Source of the DNA: Coraliomargarita sp.
GTDB taxonomy: Bacteria; Verrucomicrobiota; Verrucomicrobiia; Opitutales; Coraliomargaritaceae
Direction: 5' to 3'
DNA length: 64,000 nucleotides
NCBI GenBank assembly: GCA_965216325.1
Contig: OZ244160.1
Location: 2,816,001-2,880,000 of the forward strand
Made by a program: the position numbers and the translations under genes. Below the pieces are notes generated by a model. The model did not search any database. It was not told the DNA's origin and saw nothing but the letters and a program-made list of their open reading frames with translations. This document shows, one piece after another, positions 12,352 through 22,386 of the stretch. The first letter of the stretch is position 1; each line of letters begins with the position of its first letter.

Positions 12352-13452
12352 ATGCTGAGCTATCTTGCTGATTTTGAATCTTATTTTGGACCGCTGCGTC
12401 TGTTTCGCTATCTGACCCTGCGTGCTGCATTTGCCGGTTTGACTGCGATGGGGATTGGTTTCGTCCTGGGCCCGTGGTTGTTTGCCAAACTACGTCAGTT
12501 GCGTGCCAAGCAGTCGTTTCGCGACAAGAGTGAAGTCGGCGACCTTGCGGATTTGCACGCATCAAAGGCGCAAACGCCAACTATGGGTGGCTTGATGATT
12601 TGTGCGTCAGTCGTTGGCAGCACATTGCTCTGGGCACGGCCGAATGTCTTCGTGCTCACTGCATTGGTGGTTTACCTCGGCCTGACGGTCATCGGCTTTC
12701 TGGATGACTATCTGAAGATCGCGAAGAAGAACAGTAAGGGGCTGCCCGGCCGTTGGAAACTGTTGGGGCAGGGGCTGTTGACTGCGATCGCTCTGACCAT
12801 GTTGCTCTGCTGTTCGGAGTCGGCTGAGCAGATGCGTGAACTCTGGGTGCCCTTTTACAAGGACGTGTTGATCAGTAGTATGCCGCTCTGGTTCCTCGCG
12901 CCGTTTCTGTTTATCATTTTGGCTGGTTCGAGCAACGCGATCAATCTCACCGATGGTGTCGACGGTTTGGCAATTGGTTGTACGGTGACGGTGGCGCTTG
13001 CCTATGCGGTGATGGCCTATGCGGCGGGAAATGCGATCATCTCGGAATATCTGAATATTAGTTTCATCCTCGGCACGGGGGAACTTGCCGTGGTCTGCGC
13101 TGCCTTGCTGGGTGCGAGTCTTGCGTTCCTCTGGTATAACTCACATCCGGCGGAAGTCTTTATGGGCGATACCGGCTCACTGGCGCTGGGTGGTTTGATC
13201 GGCATCATTGCATTTATGGTGCACCAACCGTTTACCTTGGTGATCGTCGGTGGCATCTTTGTGATGGAAGCGGTGTCAGTGATCTTGCAAGTCGGGTCGT
13301 TCAAGACCCGCAAGAAGCGCATCTTCCGTATGGCGCCGATTCACCACCACTTTGAACTGAAGGGCTGGCACGAAAATAAGGTCGTGATCCGTTTCTGGAT
13401 TCTCTCGCTGATTTTCGCGATGGCTGGTCTGGCAACACTCAAACTTCGTTGA
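12352..13452 (+). CDS. mraY: Phospho-N-acetylmuramoyl-pentapeptide transferase
   Basis: TPTMGG, NAINLTDGVDGL, FMGDTGS, MAPIHHHFE. Confidence 0.97.
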   Translation: MLSYLADFESYFGPLRLFRYLTLRAAFAGLTAMGIGFVLGPWLFAKLRQLRAKQSFRDKSEVGDLADLHASKAQTPTMGGLMICASVVGSTLLWARPNVFVLTALVVYLGLTVIGFLDDYLKIAKKNSKGLPGRWKLLGQGLLTAIALTMLLCCSESAEQMRELWVPFYKDVLISSMPLWFLAPFLFIILAGSSNAINLTDGVDGLAIGCTVTVALAYAVMAYAAGNAIISEYLNISFILGTGELAVVCAALLGASLAFLWYNSHPAEVFMGDTGSLALGGLIGIIAFMVHQPFTLVIVGGIFVMEAVSVILQVGSFKTRKKRIFRMAPIHHHFELKGWHENKVVIRFWILSLIFAMAGLATLKLR

Positions 13453-14783
13453 TGGCAGATTTCGCGCAGTCCCTCGACTCCAGTCTCCGACGCATCGCCG
13501 TGTTTGGGGCCGGTGTAAGTGGGCAGGCAGCGGTGAAGCTGATCGAGGCACTGGGCGCGGAAGCGGTCTGTTTTGATGAGCAGGGACAGTGCTTTTCCAG
13601 TGATGCTTGCGCGCGCTTCGATGCCTTTATCTTTAGTCCGGGCTTCGCGGCCGAGCACCCATGGCGGGTGGATTGCGTTAACTCGGGAAAGCCTTGTTTT
13701 AGTGAGCTGGGCTTTGCCGCGCAATTTTGGTCGGGGAAGCTGCTGGGGGTCACCGGAACCAATGGCAAGACGACGGTCACGAGTTTACTCTGCAATGCCT
13801 TGAACCGAGCGGGGAGGTCTGCGGTTACTGCCGGCAATATCGGCACGCCACTGTCCGAGCGCGTGTTGCACTCCAATGCGGAATGGGTGGTCTGCGAAAT
13901 TAGCTCGTTTCAGGCTGAGCTGCCGCAGGGCCTAGAACTGGACGGCTTGCTCTGGACCAATTTTGCCGAGGATCATTTGGATCGCTACGAGTCGATGGCG
14001 GATTACTTTGCTGCAAAGGCTCGGCTGCTAGATTGTCTCGGCTTGGTGACACCTGTGGTGCTGGGTGAATCAGTGTATGAGTGGGCTGAGAGGACTGATA
14101 GCTGTAGGGGCGTTGCTTGCCGTTTCGACAAGCTCAAGGCCCCGAGTCTGTCGAGGGGCGACGCCCGCCGTCTGAACAGTAACTTTACGCAAGCGGGCTC
14201 CGCAAGCAGAGCCCCTACGGATTCTCCGTTCAGTCTGCCGCCCCAGTCGGAGAACTTCCAACTCGCTGCGGCACTTTGGTCTGCACTGGAATTGCCGGAG
14301 TCCGCTCTGGTCGAGGCTGCGAATTCGTTTCAACTCGCACCGCACCGCTTGGCGAAGGTCGCGGAGTGGAGCGGCGTGAGTTTTTGGGACGACTCGAAGG
14401 CCACCAATTTTCACGCGGCACTTGCGGCTGTCGATGCGATGGATCCGCCGGTTTTCTGGATCGGTGGCGGTAGCGGTAAAGGCGGCGACTTGGATGCATT
14501 TGCACGCTCGCTCGGGCAGAACATTGCCGCAGCTTTCGTATATGGAGAAGTCGCAGGGGAACTAGCGGCCGCTCTTGAAAAACACCTTCCGCGAGTGCAG
14601 GTGCATTCGCGTTTTGAAGATGCGGTGAGGGCGGCTTTTGCTGCTGCACTCGCCGAATCACCTGCCACAGTTTTACTCAGCCCTGGTTTTGCCAGTTTTG
14701 ACCAATTTCGGTCCTACGCGGAACGCGGAGAATCCTTTATTTCTGCTGTTTTAAGTTTGAAGGATAGGACTTCCGCGAACTAA
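13449..14783 (+). CDS. murD: UDP-MurNAc-L-Ala:D-Glu ligase MurD, carrying an in-frame palindromic insert
   Basis: GVTGTNGKTT, GNIGTP, EISSFQ, DHLDRY, DDSKATN, LLSPGFASFDQF. Confidence 0.93.
   Translation: MMADFAQSLDSSLRRIAVFGAGVSGQAAVKLIEALGAEAVCFDEQGQCFSSDACARFDAFIFSPGFAAEHPWRVDCVNSGKPCFSELGFAAQFWSGKLLGVTGTNGKTTVTSLLCNALNRAGRSAVTAGNIGTPLSERVLHSNAEWVVCEISSFQAELPQGLELDGLLWTNFAEDHLDRYESMADYFAAKARLLDCLGLVTPVVLGESVYEWAERTDSCRGVACRFDKLKAPSLSRGDARRLNSNFTQAGSASRAPTDSPFSLPPQSENFQLAAALWSALELPESALVEAANSFQLAPHRLAKVAEWSGVSFWDDSKATNFHAALAAVDAMDPPVFWIGGGSGKGGDLDAFARSLGQNIAAAFVYGEVAGELAAALEKHLPRVQVHSRFEDAVRAAFAAALAESPATVLLSPGFASFDQFRSYAERGESFISAVLSLKDRTSAN
14104..14218. repeat. Nested REP-like palindromic element inside murD
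   Basis: Outer arms GTAGGGGCGTTGCTTGC and GCAAGCAGAGCCCCTAC enclose an inner hairpin TTCGACAAGCTC...GAGTCTGTCGAG. Confidence 0.75.
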
Positions 14784-14816
14784 TCTCAAACTCACTATTT
14801 TTTAGCGCAGATCATT

Positions 14817-15992
14817 ATGAAAATTTCCAAAGTTTTAGGGGGCGTCATCATCTCTCATGCAGCCATTGCTGCAATCCTAGTTGTGCAGCCGGGATGCAGT
14901 ACAACTCAGCCACCGACAAGGACTTATAAACAGACTGGGACGATTAGTGCGAACATCGAAGAGCGCAGCCCGGACACCATGATTCAGGCCGAGCGCGTGG
15001 ATGCCTCGTTGGACGATGCATTCAACGCGGGAATCGGTGATGACTCCTACGCGCCAATGGAGGAATTCGACAATCTCGAAGTGGCTCCACTCGATCCGGT
15101 TGAGACGTCCACACCGGCACCGACAACCGTGGAGATTGCAGGTCCGTCGTACACGACCTACACCGTGGTCAAGGGCGACAGCCTCTGGGCGATTGCGAAG
15201 CGCAACGGTGTATCGGTCAACGAGCTTTACAGTGCGAACGGGCTCGACAAGAACTCTGTGTTGAAGATTGGTCAGCAACTCCAGATTCCAAGCGAAGGCG
15301 GCACGGCAACGGTGAGCACCGTAACGGCTGACGCGTATCAGCCAACCAACCTTACAACAGGTTCACAAACTTATACTGTTCGCTCCGGTGACTCGCTTTC
15401 TAAAATCGCTCGCAATTACGGCACCACCGTGCGCGCAATCAAGGCGGCGAACGGCAAGACTTCGGATGTGATTCGCATCGGTGAAGAACTGGTCATCCCA
15501 GTTGCGGGTTCCAGCACGGGCACAACTGTTGCACCCAGCACAAGTTCTGCTCCGGCACCTGCTCCTGCGCCAGCGCCCGTATCCGGTGCGCGCACACACA
15601 CGGTTAAGGCAGGTGAGTATCCGGGCAAGATTGCCAAGAAGTATGGCATGACTGCTCAAGAGCTGCTCGCTCTAAACGGCATCAGCGATCCAACCAAGCT
15701 TCAAATTGGTCAAGTGCTCAATGTCAGCAAGGATGGCAGTGCTGCGAATATCGCGACCCAAACACAAACCGTTTCCGCACCTGCACCAAAGCCTGTCGCA
15801 GCAGCGCTGGCTCCGGCACCTGCACCAGCGAATGTGGGGCCAATTGCTCCGAGCGCAGACAGTGCTCCAGTTGCAATTCGGGTGGTCGAAGCAGACCCAT
15901 TGGTTGAGGACGAAGCCAACGATATCATTGATATCGATGCAGAGTTGGAGAACGCCGTAGAGATTCCGGTGATTCGCATGGAGGGCAACTAA
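14817..15992 (+). CDS. LysM peptidoglycan-binding lipoprotein (three LysM domains)
   Basis: Signal ending VQPGC; YTVVKGDSLWAIAK, YTVRSGDSLSKIAR, HTVKAGEYPGKIAK. Confidence 0.9.
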   Translation: MKISKVLGGVIISHAAIAAILVVQPGCSTTQPPTRTYKQTGTISANIEERSPDTMIQAERVDASLDDAFNAGIGDDSYAPMEEFDNLEVAPLDPVETSTPAPTTVEIAGPSYTTYTVVKGDSLWAIAKRNGVSVNELYSANGLDKNSVLKIGQQLQIPSEGGTATVSTVTADAYQPTNLTTGSQTYTVRSGDSLSKIARNYGTTVRAIKAANGKTSDVIRIGEELVIPVAGSSTGTTVAPSTSSAPAPAPAPAPVSGARTHTVKAGEYPGKIAKKYGMTAQELLALNGISDPTKLQIGQVLNVSKDGSAANIATQTQTVSAPAPKPVAAALAPAPAPANVGPIAPSADSAPVAIRVVEADPLVEDEANDIIDIDAELENAVEIPVIRMEGN

Positions 15993-16031
15993 GCCGGACG
16001 CTGAGGAGTCACTTTTGCACATGCGCACCGA

Positions 16032-17174
16032 ATGAGCGCCCGTACCGTTCTGAAAAGCTCGTTCTGGCGGATGCCTCCCGCAGGCATACTTTTTGGGATC
16101 ATCGTCCTTTCACTAACCTTCCTTGGATTGGTCATACTGTTTAGTGCGACTCGATCGATGTATGACGATCCCACGACGCTCTTACGTAAGCAGCTGATTT
16201 GGCTAGTGATCGCAACCTTTGCCGGAGTGGTCACCTATATGGTCGATTTGAATAAACTGCGCCCCTATGTGCCAATCTTGGCCGGGGGCTCGGTCTTGAT
16301 GCTCGTGCTGGTGTTGGTGCCTGGTATTGGTGTGAAGGTGAATGGTGCCCAGCGTTGGATCGATCTCGGGCCGATGCGCTTACAGGCCTCCGAAATCGGC
16401 AAGCTTGGCCTGTTGTTTGTGATGGCTCACTATCTGGCAATGAATCGTCGTTTTCTCGATGATATCGTGCGTGGCTTTATTGTGCCGTGTGGCATACTCG
16501 CAGTGATTTGTGGGTTGATCTTTATTGAGCCGGACTTTGGCACGACCTTTCTTTGTGGTGCGGTCGGAGGCACGATGCTATTCCTTGCGGGGGTGCGCTT
16601 GAAATTCTTGATTCCGACCGCAATGGCCGCGCTCACTTTGTTCTCGGTTGCGGTCTATCACGACCCGGTTCGCTTGCAGCGCATCACGTCCTTCCTCGAT
16701 GTGGAGGGCAACCGCGACGATACTTCGTATCAGCTCTGGCAGGGGATTCTTGCTTTTGGTGCCGGTGGCTTGCACGGCGTGGGGCTTGGAGAGGGCCGTC
16801 AGCAGATGTCCTTTTTGCCTGAGGCGCACACCGACTTCATCTTTGCGATCGTTGGAGAGGAACTTGGCTTGTTCTTCACCACCGGGGTGGTGTTGCTCTT
16901 CTTTATGGTGTTCTTCATTGGGGTCTTGCAGCTCAAACGAGCGCCGGATCTGTATCAATACCTCTTGGTGATGGGGGCCTTGTTATTCATTACCCTGCAG
17001 GCCTTGATCAACATTGGTGTGGTCACAGGGTGCTTGCCGACTAAGGGCATGTCTTTACCGTTTATTTCGTATGGAGGCTCGAATCTCGTGCTCATGTTTG
17101 TGCTGACTGCAATTATTCTCAATGGCTTCCGTACCTGGGAGCTCCCTGCGCTGCGGAGGCAGCGTGAGCTATGA
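16032..17174 (+). CDS. ftsW: SEDS peptidoglycan glycosyltransferase FtsW
   Basis: NGAQRWI, EPDFGT, LPEAHTDFIF, LPFISYGGS. Confidence 0.95.
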   Translation: MSARTVLKSSFWRMPPAGILFGIIVLSLTFLGLVILFSATRSMYDDPTTLLRKQLIWLVIATFAGVVTYMVDLNKLRPYVPILAGGSVLMLVLVLVPGIGVKVNGAQRWIDLGPMRLQASEIGKLGLLFVMAHYLAMNRRFLDDIVRGFIVPCGILAVICGLIFIEPDFGTTFLCGAVGGTMLFLAGVRLKFLIPTAMAALTLFSVAVYHDPVRLQRITSFLDVEGNRDDTSYQLWQGILAFGAGGLHGVGLGEGRQQMSFLPEAHTDFIFAIVGEELGLFFTTGVVLLFFMVFFIGVLQLKRAPDLYQYLLVMGALLFITLQALINIGVVTGCLPTKGMSLPFISYGGSNLVLMFVLTAIILNGFRTWELPALRRQREL

Positions 17175-18280
17175 GCAAGATTCTGATTGCATGTGGGGGA
17201 ACCGGTGGGCATCTGGCACCGGGGATCGCAATTGCGGAGACGCTCCAAACGCAGGGGCATCAATGTGTTTTGCTGATTAGCCAGAAGCAGGTGGATTCTG
17301 CACTCGTTCAGAAATATCCACACCTGACCTTTCACAGAACACCAGGGCGTGCGTTTGCTGGAGGGATTGCGCGCTCGGTTGGCGCGGTGCTTGGGCTCTG
17401 TTCGGGCTTCCTCTTCTCACGCAAGTTACTGCGCGAAGAGTCTCCCGATCTAGTGCTGCTGTTTGGTGGTTTTCTGTCGGTTGGGCTGGGCTTTGCCGCA
17501 AAGCTTGCAGGTGTGCCGGTTGCACTACACGAGGCCAATTGTCACCCCGGAAAAGCGATTCGAATTCTTAAGCGCGTTGCGACACGCCTGTATCTTCCGG
17601 ATGGTGTGCGCCTCAAAGGTGTAGCCCCAGCCAAGGTTAAGTATTACGGCTATCCAGTGCGTCAGGAGATTCAGCATATCTTAAAAGCTGAGGCTGCTGA
17701 GCGCTTAGGCATCCGGGTCGCCAATAAGCTACTCGTCATCATCGGCGGAAGCCAGGGGGCACAGGCACTAAATGAATGGGTGCTGGAACACTTTAAGGAA
17801 TTGGCGGAGGTTGGTGTCAGTGTTTACGGAGTCACTGGGCTCGGTAAGGATACCGATACCGAGTTGAGCTACGATGGGCCCGACGGCTCTCCGGTAATGG
17901 CTAATTTCGTGCCGTTCTCTGATCAGATGGGCGATGTGATCTCGGCAGCAGACTTGGTGATCTCACGTGCCGGTGCGGGCTCGATTGCTGAAATTATTCG
18001 CTGCGGTGCACCGTCAATTTTGATCCCGTATCCCTATGCTGCGGATAACCATCAACAGGCCAATGCGCTCGCGCATGAGAAGCATGGTGCCTGCGTTGTC
18101 GTCGATCAGGAGAAGCTCGATACACTCCTTCCGGAAGTTAAAGAGCTACTGTTCAATGACTGGATGTTGAGTAAGTTTAAATCGAACTTGGAACGCTTGG
18201 AGAAGTTTGATTCCGCCGCTAAGATTGCGGAGGATTTAGTAGAACTGTGCCGCGAGGAGGAGACGCTGCTAGCTGTATGA
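17171..18280 (+). CDS. murG: Lipid II GlcNAc transferase MurG
   Basis: GGTGGHLAPG, GGSQGA, ISRAGA, NHQQANA. Confidence 0.95.
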   Translation: MSKILIACGGTGGHLAPGIAIAETLQTQGHQCVLLISQKQVDSALVQKYPHLTFHRTPGRAFAGGIARSVGAVLGLCSGFLFSRKLLREESPDLVLLFGGFLSVGLGFAAKLAGVPVALHEANCHPGKAIRILKRVATRLYLPDGVRLKGVAPAKVKYYGYPVRQEIQHILKAEAAERLGIRVANKLLVIIGGSQGAQALNEWVLEHFKELAEVGVSVYGVTGLGKDTDTELSYDGPDGSPVMANFVPFSDQMGDVISAADLVISRAGAGSIAEIIRCGAPSILIPYPYAADNHQQANALAHEKHGACVVVDQEKLDTLLPEVKELLFNDWMLSKFKSNLERLEKFDSAAKIAEDLVELCREEETLLAV

Positions 18281-20520
18281 GCCCGTCTGCTGGAAAGTTC
18301 TTACTCCTTGGGGTCGGAGGCATGGGGATGGCCCCGCTTAGCGGATGGATGGCGCAGGCAGGGTATTCGGTCTGTGGATACGATGACTATTTGCAAGAGC
18401 CTGTGCGTCGCTTCTTGAGCGATTCGGGAGTTGAACTGCGTGACTTTATTTTTGCAGAGCAACTCTCCGAGTTTTCTGTAGTGGTGTATTCAAGTGCGTT
18501 GCAGCCCGATCATCCTCTCTTAAGCGCTGCCAAGGCACAGGGGCTTACCGTATTGCGTCGCGGCGAGATGCTGGCCCGCGTTGCGGAGACGAAACGCTTG
18601 ATCGCGGTTGTCGGAAGTCATGGCAAAACGACTACCTGCGGGATGATTGCGCATGGCATTCGTCGTTGTGGCATTGAGGCGGATTATATTGTCGGCGGTT
18701 TCTTTAATGATCGCTCCGTTCCGCCGAGTCAGTTTGTTGATAGCGAATGGCTGATTGCGGAGGTCGACGAGAGTGATGGCACGATTGATGGCTTTTCTCC
18801 TGAGGTGACCTTGGTGCTGAATATCGATTGGGATCATGCGGACCGTTATCAAACTTCGGATATGATTGATGGTGCGTTTTGCGAGCTGGTCGCACGCACG
18901 CAGCAGCAGGTTTTGGTGCCGGATGGTAGTGATTTGTTTGAGCGCTTGGCAACGCACACTCAGGCGAATGTGGTGACCTATGGTGCCGAGTTAGAGGCCC
19001 TCAATGCTGCGCCCGGTGGTGCTTTTAATCAGAGCAACGGCGCTGCGGCTTGCTCGGTTTTGAGCTTTTTGACAGATGCTGTGCTGCCCTTGGACGTGAT
19101 GAGTAGCTTTGGTGGTATTGCGCGTCGCCAGGCCGTTTTGCACGACTCATCTGAACTGACAATAGTGGAGGATTATGCGCATCACCCGACGGAGATCGAA
19201 GCCTTAGTCAAGGCACTGCGTGCGCAGGCCGATGGACGTCGTTTGGTGGTGGTCTTTCAATCGCACCGCTACTCGCGCACGAGGCAGTTTAAGTCTGAGT
19301 TTGCCGAGTCGCTAGTAGATGTTGATGAGCTCTTCTTGTTGCCAGTGTATCCGGCTCATGAACAAGTGCTGGAAGGTGGCGATGTGGAGTCACTACTTGC
19401 AGCATTTGATCCTGAGGTGGCTGAGTTGTTGAGCATGGATTTGGAAGGGCTTGGGCAATTGGCAGAAGCCGTGCAAGGCGAGCCTGCCTTGTTGGCTTTT
19501 GTAGGTGCGGGCGATCTGGATCAGTTTGGCGCTGTATTCACTTCATTGATACGCAGTGAATTCGATTTGGATGCTGCGTGGTTTGATTACCTCAAGGATC
19601 GTGTCTCGGAGGCATGCGTTCTGAAAGCGCAAGAGCCATTGGCGAATAAGACCACGATGCGGGTTGGTGGGGCGGCGCGCTTCTATGCGGAGCCGAGTAA
19701 TCTTTGCGACCTGCGTGCCTTGCTGAAGGCGACTGATTTGTTTGAGTTGCCGCATTTTACGCTGGGACGTGGATCTAACTTAGTGGTCCCTGATGCGGGA
19801 TACACCGGTTTGGTGATCCGCTTCTCCGGCCAAGCTTGGCGGCGGATTGAGGTCTTAAGCAATGGCCGCATTTGGGCGGGTGCCGGTGTGCGCCTGAAGG
19901 AAATCTGCGGGCAGGCGGCTAAGGCAGGGCTGGCAGGATTTGAGTTTCTGGAAGGCATTCCAGGCTCGCTGGGTGGCTCGCTACGCATGAACGCAGGGGC
20001 AATGGGGAACTGGATGTTTGATGTGGTGGAGCGTGTGCAGATGCTCGACGCAGAGACTAAACTGGTGGATTTGCCGAAGGACCACTTCCATTTCGGATAC
20101 CGCAAGGTTGAGGAAATTAGTGAAGGGATTGCACTGGGCGCGATTCTTTGTGCTGCCGATACTGAAACGACTGAGGCGATCCGCGAACGAATTGATACCT
20201 ATTCAAGCACGCGCAAGTCGTCACAGCCACGTGATCCGAGTGCTGGCTGCATTTTTAAGAATCCCGAGGGTAATTATGCAGGGAAGCTTGTTGATGAGCA
20301 TGGCATTAAAGGCATGTCGGTTGGTGCCGCAGAAGTGTCCGATGTGCATGGCAACTTTATCGTCAATAAGGGCGGTGCCACTTCGGCGGATGTCGTTGAG
20401 TTGGTGCGTCGAGTGCGGGCCAGAGTGAAGGAAGCATCCGGCTACGAGCTGGAGCCGGAAGTGCTTTTGTTGGGTCAGAGTTGGGAAGAGGTTTTAGCAG
20501 AAGGAGGTGACCATGTCTGA
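18277..20520 (+). CDS. murC-murB: MurC-MurB fusion protein
   Basis: N-half MurC (GVGGMGM, GSHGKTTT, EVDESDG, DYAHHPTE); C-half MurB (TTMRVGG, GRGSNL, GIPGSLGG, MNAGA, SAGCIFKNP, HGNFIVN). Confidence 0.93.
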   Translation: MSPSAGKFLLLGVGGMGMAPLSGWMAQAGYSVCGYDDYLQEPVRRFLSDSGVELRDFIFAEQLSEFSVVVYSSALQPDHPLLSAAKAQGLTVLRRGEMLARVAETKRLIAVVGSHGKTTTCGMIAHGIRRCGIEADYIVGGFFNDRSVPPSQFVDSEWLIAEVDESDGTIDGFSPEVTLVLNIDWDHADRYQTSDMIDGAFCELVARTQQQVLVPDGSDLFERLATHTQANVVTYGAELEALNAAPGGAFNQSNGAAACSVLSFLTDAVLPLDVMSSFGGIARRQAVLHDSSELTIVEDYAHHPTEIEALVKALRAQADGRRLVVVFQSHRYSRTRQFKSEFAESLVDVDELFLLPVYPAHEQVLEGGDVESLLAAFDPEVAELLSMDLEGLGQLAEAVQGEPALLAFVGAGDLDQFGAVFTSLIRSEFDLDAAWFDYLKDRVSEACVLKAQEPLANKTTMRVGGAARFYAEPSNLCDLRALLKATDLFELPHFTLGRGSNLVVPDAGYTGLVIRFSGQAWRRIEVLSNGRIWAGAGVRLKEICGQAAKAGLAGFEFLEGIPGSLGGSLRMNAGAMGNWMFDVVERVQMLDAETKLVDLPKDHFHFGYRKVEEISEGIALGAILCAADTETTEAIRERIDTYSSTRKSSQPRDPSAGCIFKNPEGNYAGKLVDEHGIKGMSVGAAEVSDVHGNFIVNKGGATSADVVELVRRVRARVKEASGYELEPEVLLLGQSWEEVLAEGGDHV

Positions 20521-21433
20521 GCCCATTAAGATAGTCGTGTTGTATGGCGGTGTTGGCCCAGAGCGCGAAGTTTCGCTGAAGAGCGGTGAGGCGATTGGTC
20601 AGGCCTTGGCCGCAAATTTTGAGGTCGAGATGCTTTGTTTAGATGCGGAGCAACTGCCGGAGCCGATCGACGCGAAGACTACAATTGTGTTTCCAGCCTT
20701 GCACGGCACCTTTGGTGAAGACGGTCAATTGCAGGCCTTGATGGAAGCTGCCGGTGTGCACTTTGCAGGTAGCGGTTCTAAGGCAAGTCGTCTCTGCATG
20801 GATAAGGATCGCACTAAGCAGGTCGCTCGCGACCTCGGAGTGATAGTCCCCGAGGGGATGGCCTTTACTGGGAATGCGGTGCCACTTGCTGATGACGTGA
20901 TCGATCGCCTCGGAGAGTCTTTGGTCGTGAAGCCAACTGATAAGGGCAGCAGTGTTGGTTTGTACTTTACCGAGCATCGTTCCGCGCTAGGTGTGACACT
21001 TTCACAGATTCACGATGGCAATTGGCTGATCGAGCAACGCATTCGTGGCCGCGAGCTGACGGTTGGGCTGCTGAAAGGCAAAGCCATGGGCATCGTGGAG
21101 ATTGTCAGTGCCAGTGGTGTCTATGATTACGCTGCCAAATATACCCCGGGCTCAACGGAGTATCGTTTCCCTGCCGAGTTGGACGCAGCGCTGACCGCCA
21201 AGATTCAACAACAGGCAGAACAGATCTATGCGGCCTGCGATTGTCGCGATTTCGCCCGTGTGGACTTTTTGTTGGATGGCGCGGATGCTTATTTCCTTGA
21301 AGTCAATACACTGCCGGGACTGACCGCGACGAGTTTGTTGCCCAAGAGTGCATCCTGTGTGGGCTATGATTTTGCGGTCCTAGCCGCTGAACTCGTTGCT
21401 GGAGCACTTGCTCGGAAGGAGGCCTCGCAATGA
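20513..21433 (+). CDS. ddl: D-alanine--D-alanine ligase
   Basis: EREVSLKSG, LHGTFGEDG, GSSVG, YDYAAKY, LEVNTLPG. Confidence 0.95.
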   Translation: MSEPIKIVVLYGGVGPEREVSLKSGEAIGQALAANFEVEMLCLDAEQLPEPIDAKTTIVFPALHGTFGEDGQLQALMEAAGVHFAGSGSKASRLCMDKDRTKQVARDLGVIVPEGMAFTGNAVPLADDVIDRLGESLVVKPTDKGSSVGLYFTEHRSALGVTLSQIHDGNWLIEQRIRGRELTVGLLKGKAMGIVEIVSASGVYDYAAKYTPGSTEYRFPAELDAALTAKIQQQAEQIYAACDCRDFARVDFLLDGADAYFLEVNTLPGLTATSLLPKSASCVGYDFAVLAAELVAGALARKEASQ

Positions 21434-22365
21434 TCGGTCGCGGTAAAGAGAAGAGTTCCAGCGCGCCGGATGGGGCACAGAGCTGGCGTGAGTTGGCTGG
21501 CCCGAGTAAGCGTCGCATTAATTCGCCGCAGGCGCGCAAGCGTCGTCAGCAGAAGTTGCTGAAATTACTTGGACTGTTTGCTGCGGTGCTGGCGGTGGTC
21601 GGATTGATTTCCTTTGCTGTGGTGAAGTTTAATCAGCGCGAGACTGAGATTTCGATTACGCCGCCGTCGAAGCCGATTGAGCAGATCCTATTCGATACCA
21701 ACGGCGTCTTGCCGGATGCATGGCTGAGTAAGGTCGTGAAGATTAAGCCGGGCATGGCCCTGATGGAAGCGGACATCCATGGTCTGAAGGCACAGCTTGA
21801 AGCACAGGGGCAGGTCGCACGCGCGTCGGTTGAGCGAGTGTTTCCGAATGCCCTTCGCATTAAGCTCGAAGAACGTCTGCCTGTGTTACGTATGGCGGTT
21901 GCGATGCCGGATGGCCGCGCACGAGCACGTATCGTTGCCAAAGATGGAACGGTTTATGATGGCATTGGCTACAGTAAGTCGACGCTGGCGAATTTACCCT
22001 ATGTGCAGCCCTATATTCACTCCGATGGCAGTGTCGAACCGATGGGAGGTATCGATCGTGTCGCTGAGCTTTTGGAACTCGCACGGCAGACCCAGCCACA
22101 CATCTTTAAAACCTGGCAGGTCGTTTCTCTAAAGCACTATTCCGGAGATCTCGATATGCCGGGGCAGGTGATTGAAATCCGCTCCAGTTATGTGCCGCGC
22201 ATCATCTTTAGTGCCACGCGTGATTTCGGGCAGCAGATGGATCGCTTGGTGTATATTTTCAAACATGTGAAGGAGCGCGGAAATCCTTCTATGGAACGGA
22301 TCGATCTTTCTTTACGCGGTGCCGCTGCCGTGCAGTTTAGCAGTGGTCGTATCAGCTCATACTGA
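21430..22365 (+). CDS. ftsQ: Cell division protein FtsQ/DivIB
   Basis: Single TM, POTRA-like VERVFPNALRIKLEER, C-terminal IDLS; lies between ddl and ftsA. Confidence 0.85.
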   Translation: MIGRGKEKSSSAPDGAQSWRELAGPSKRRINSPQARKRRQQKLLKLLGLFAAVLAVVGLISFAVVKFNQRETEISITPPSKPIEQILFDTNGVLPDAWLSKVVKIKPGMALMEADIHGLKAQLEAQGQVARASVERVFPNALRIKLEERLPVLRMAVAMPDGRARARIVAKDGTVYDGIGYSKSTLANLPYVQPYIHSDGSVEPMGGIDRVAELLELARQTQPHIFKTWQVVSLKHYSGDLDMPGQVIEIRSSYVPRIIFSATRDFGQQMDRLVYIFKHVKERGNPSMERIDLSLRGAAAVQFSSGRISSY

Positions 22366-22386
22366 CCTAACCCAACGTCAATCTAC

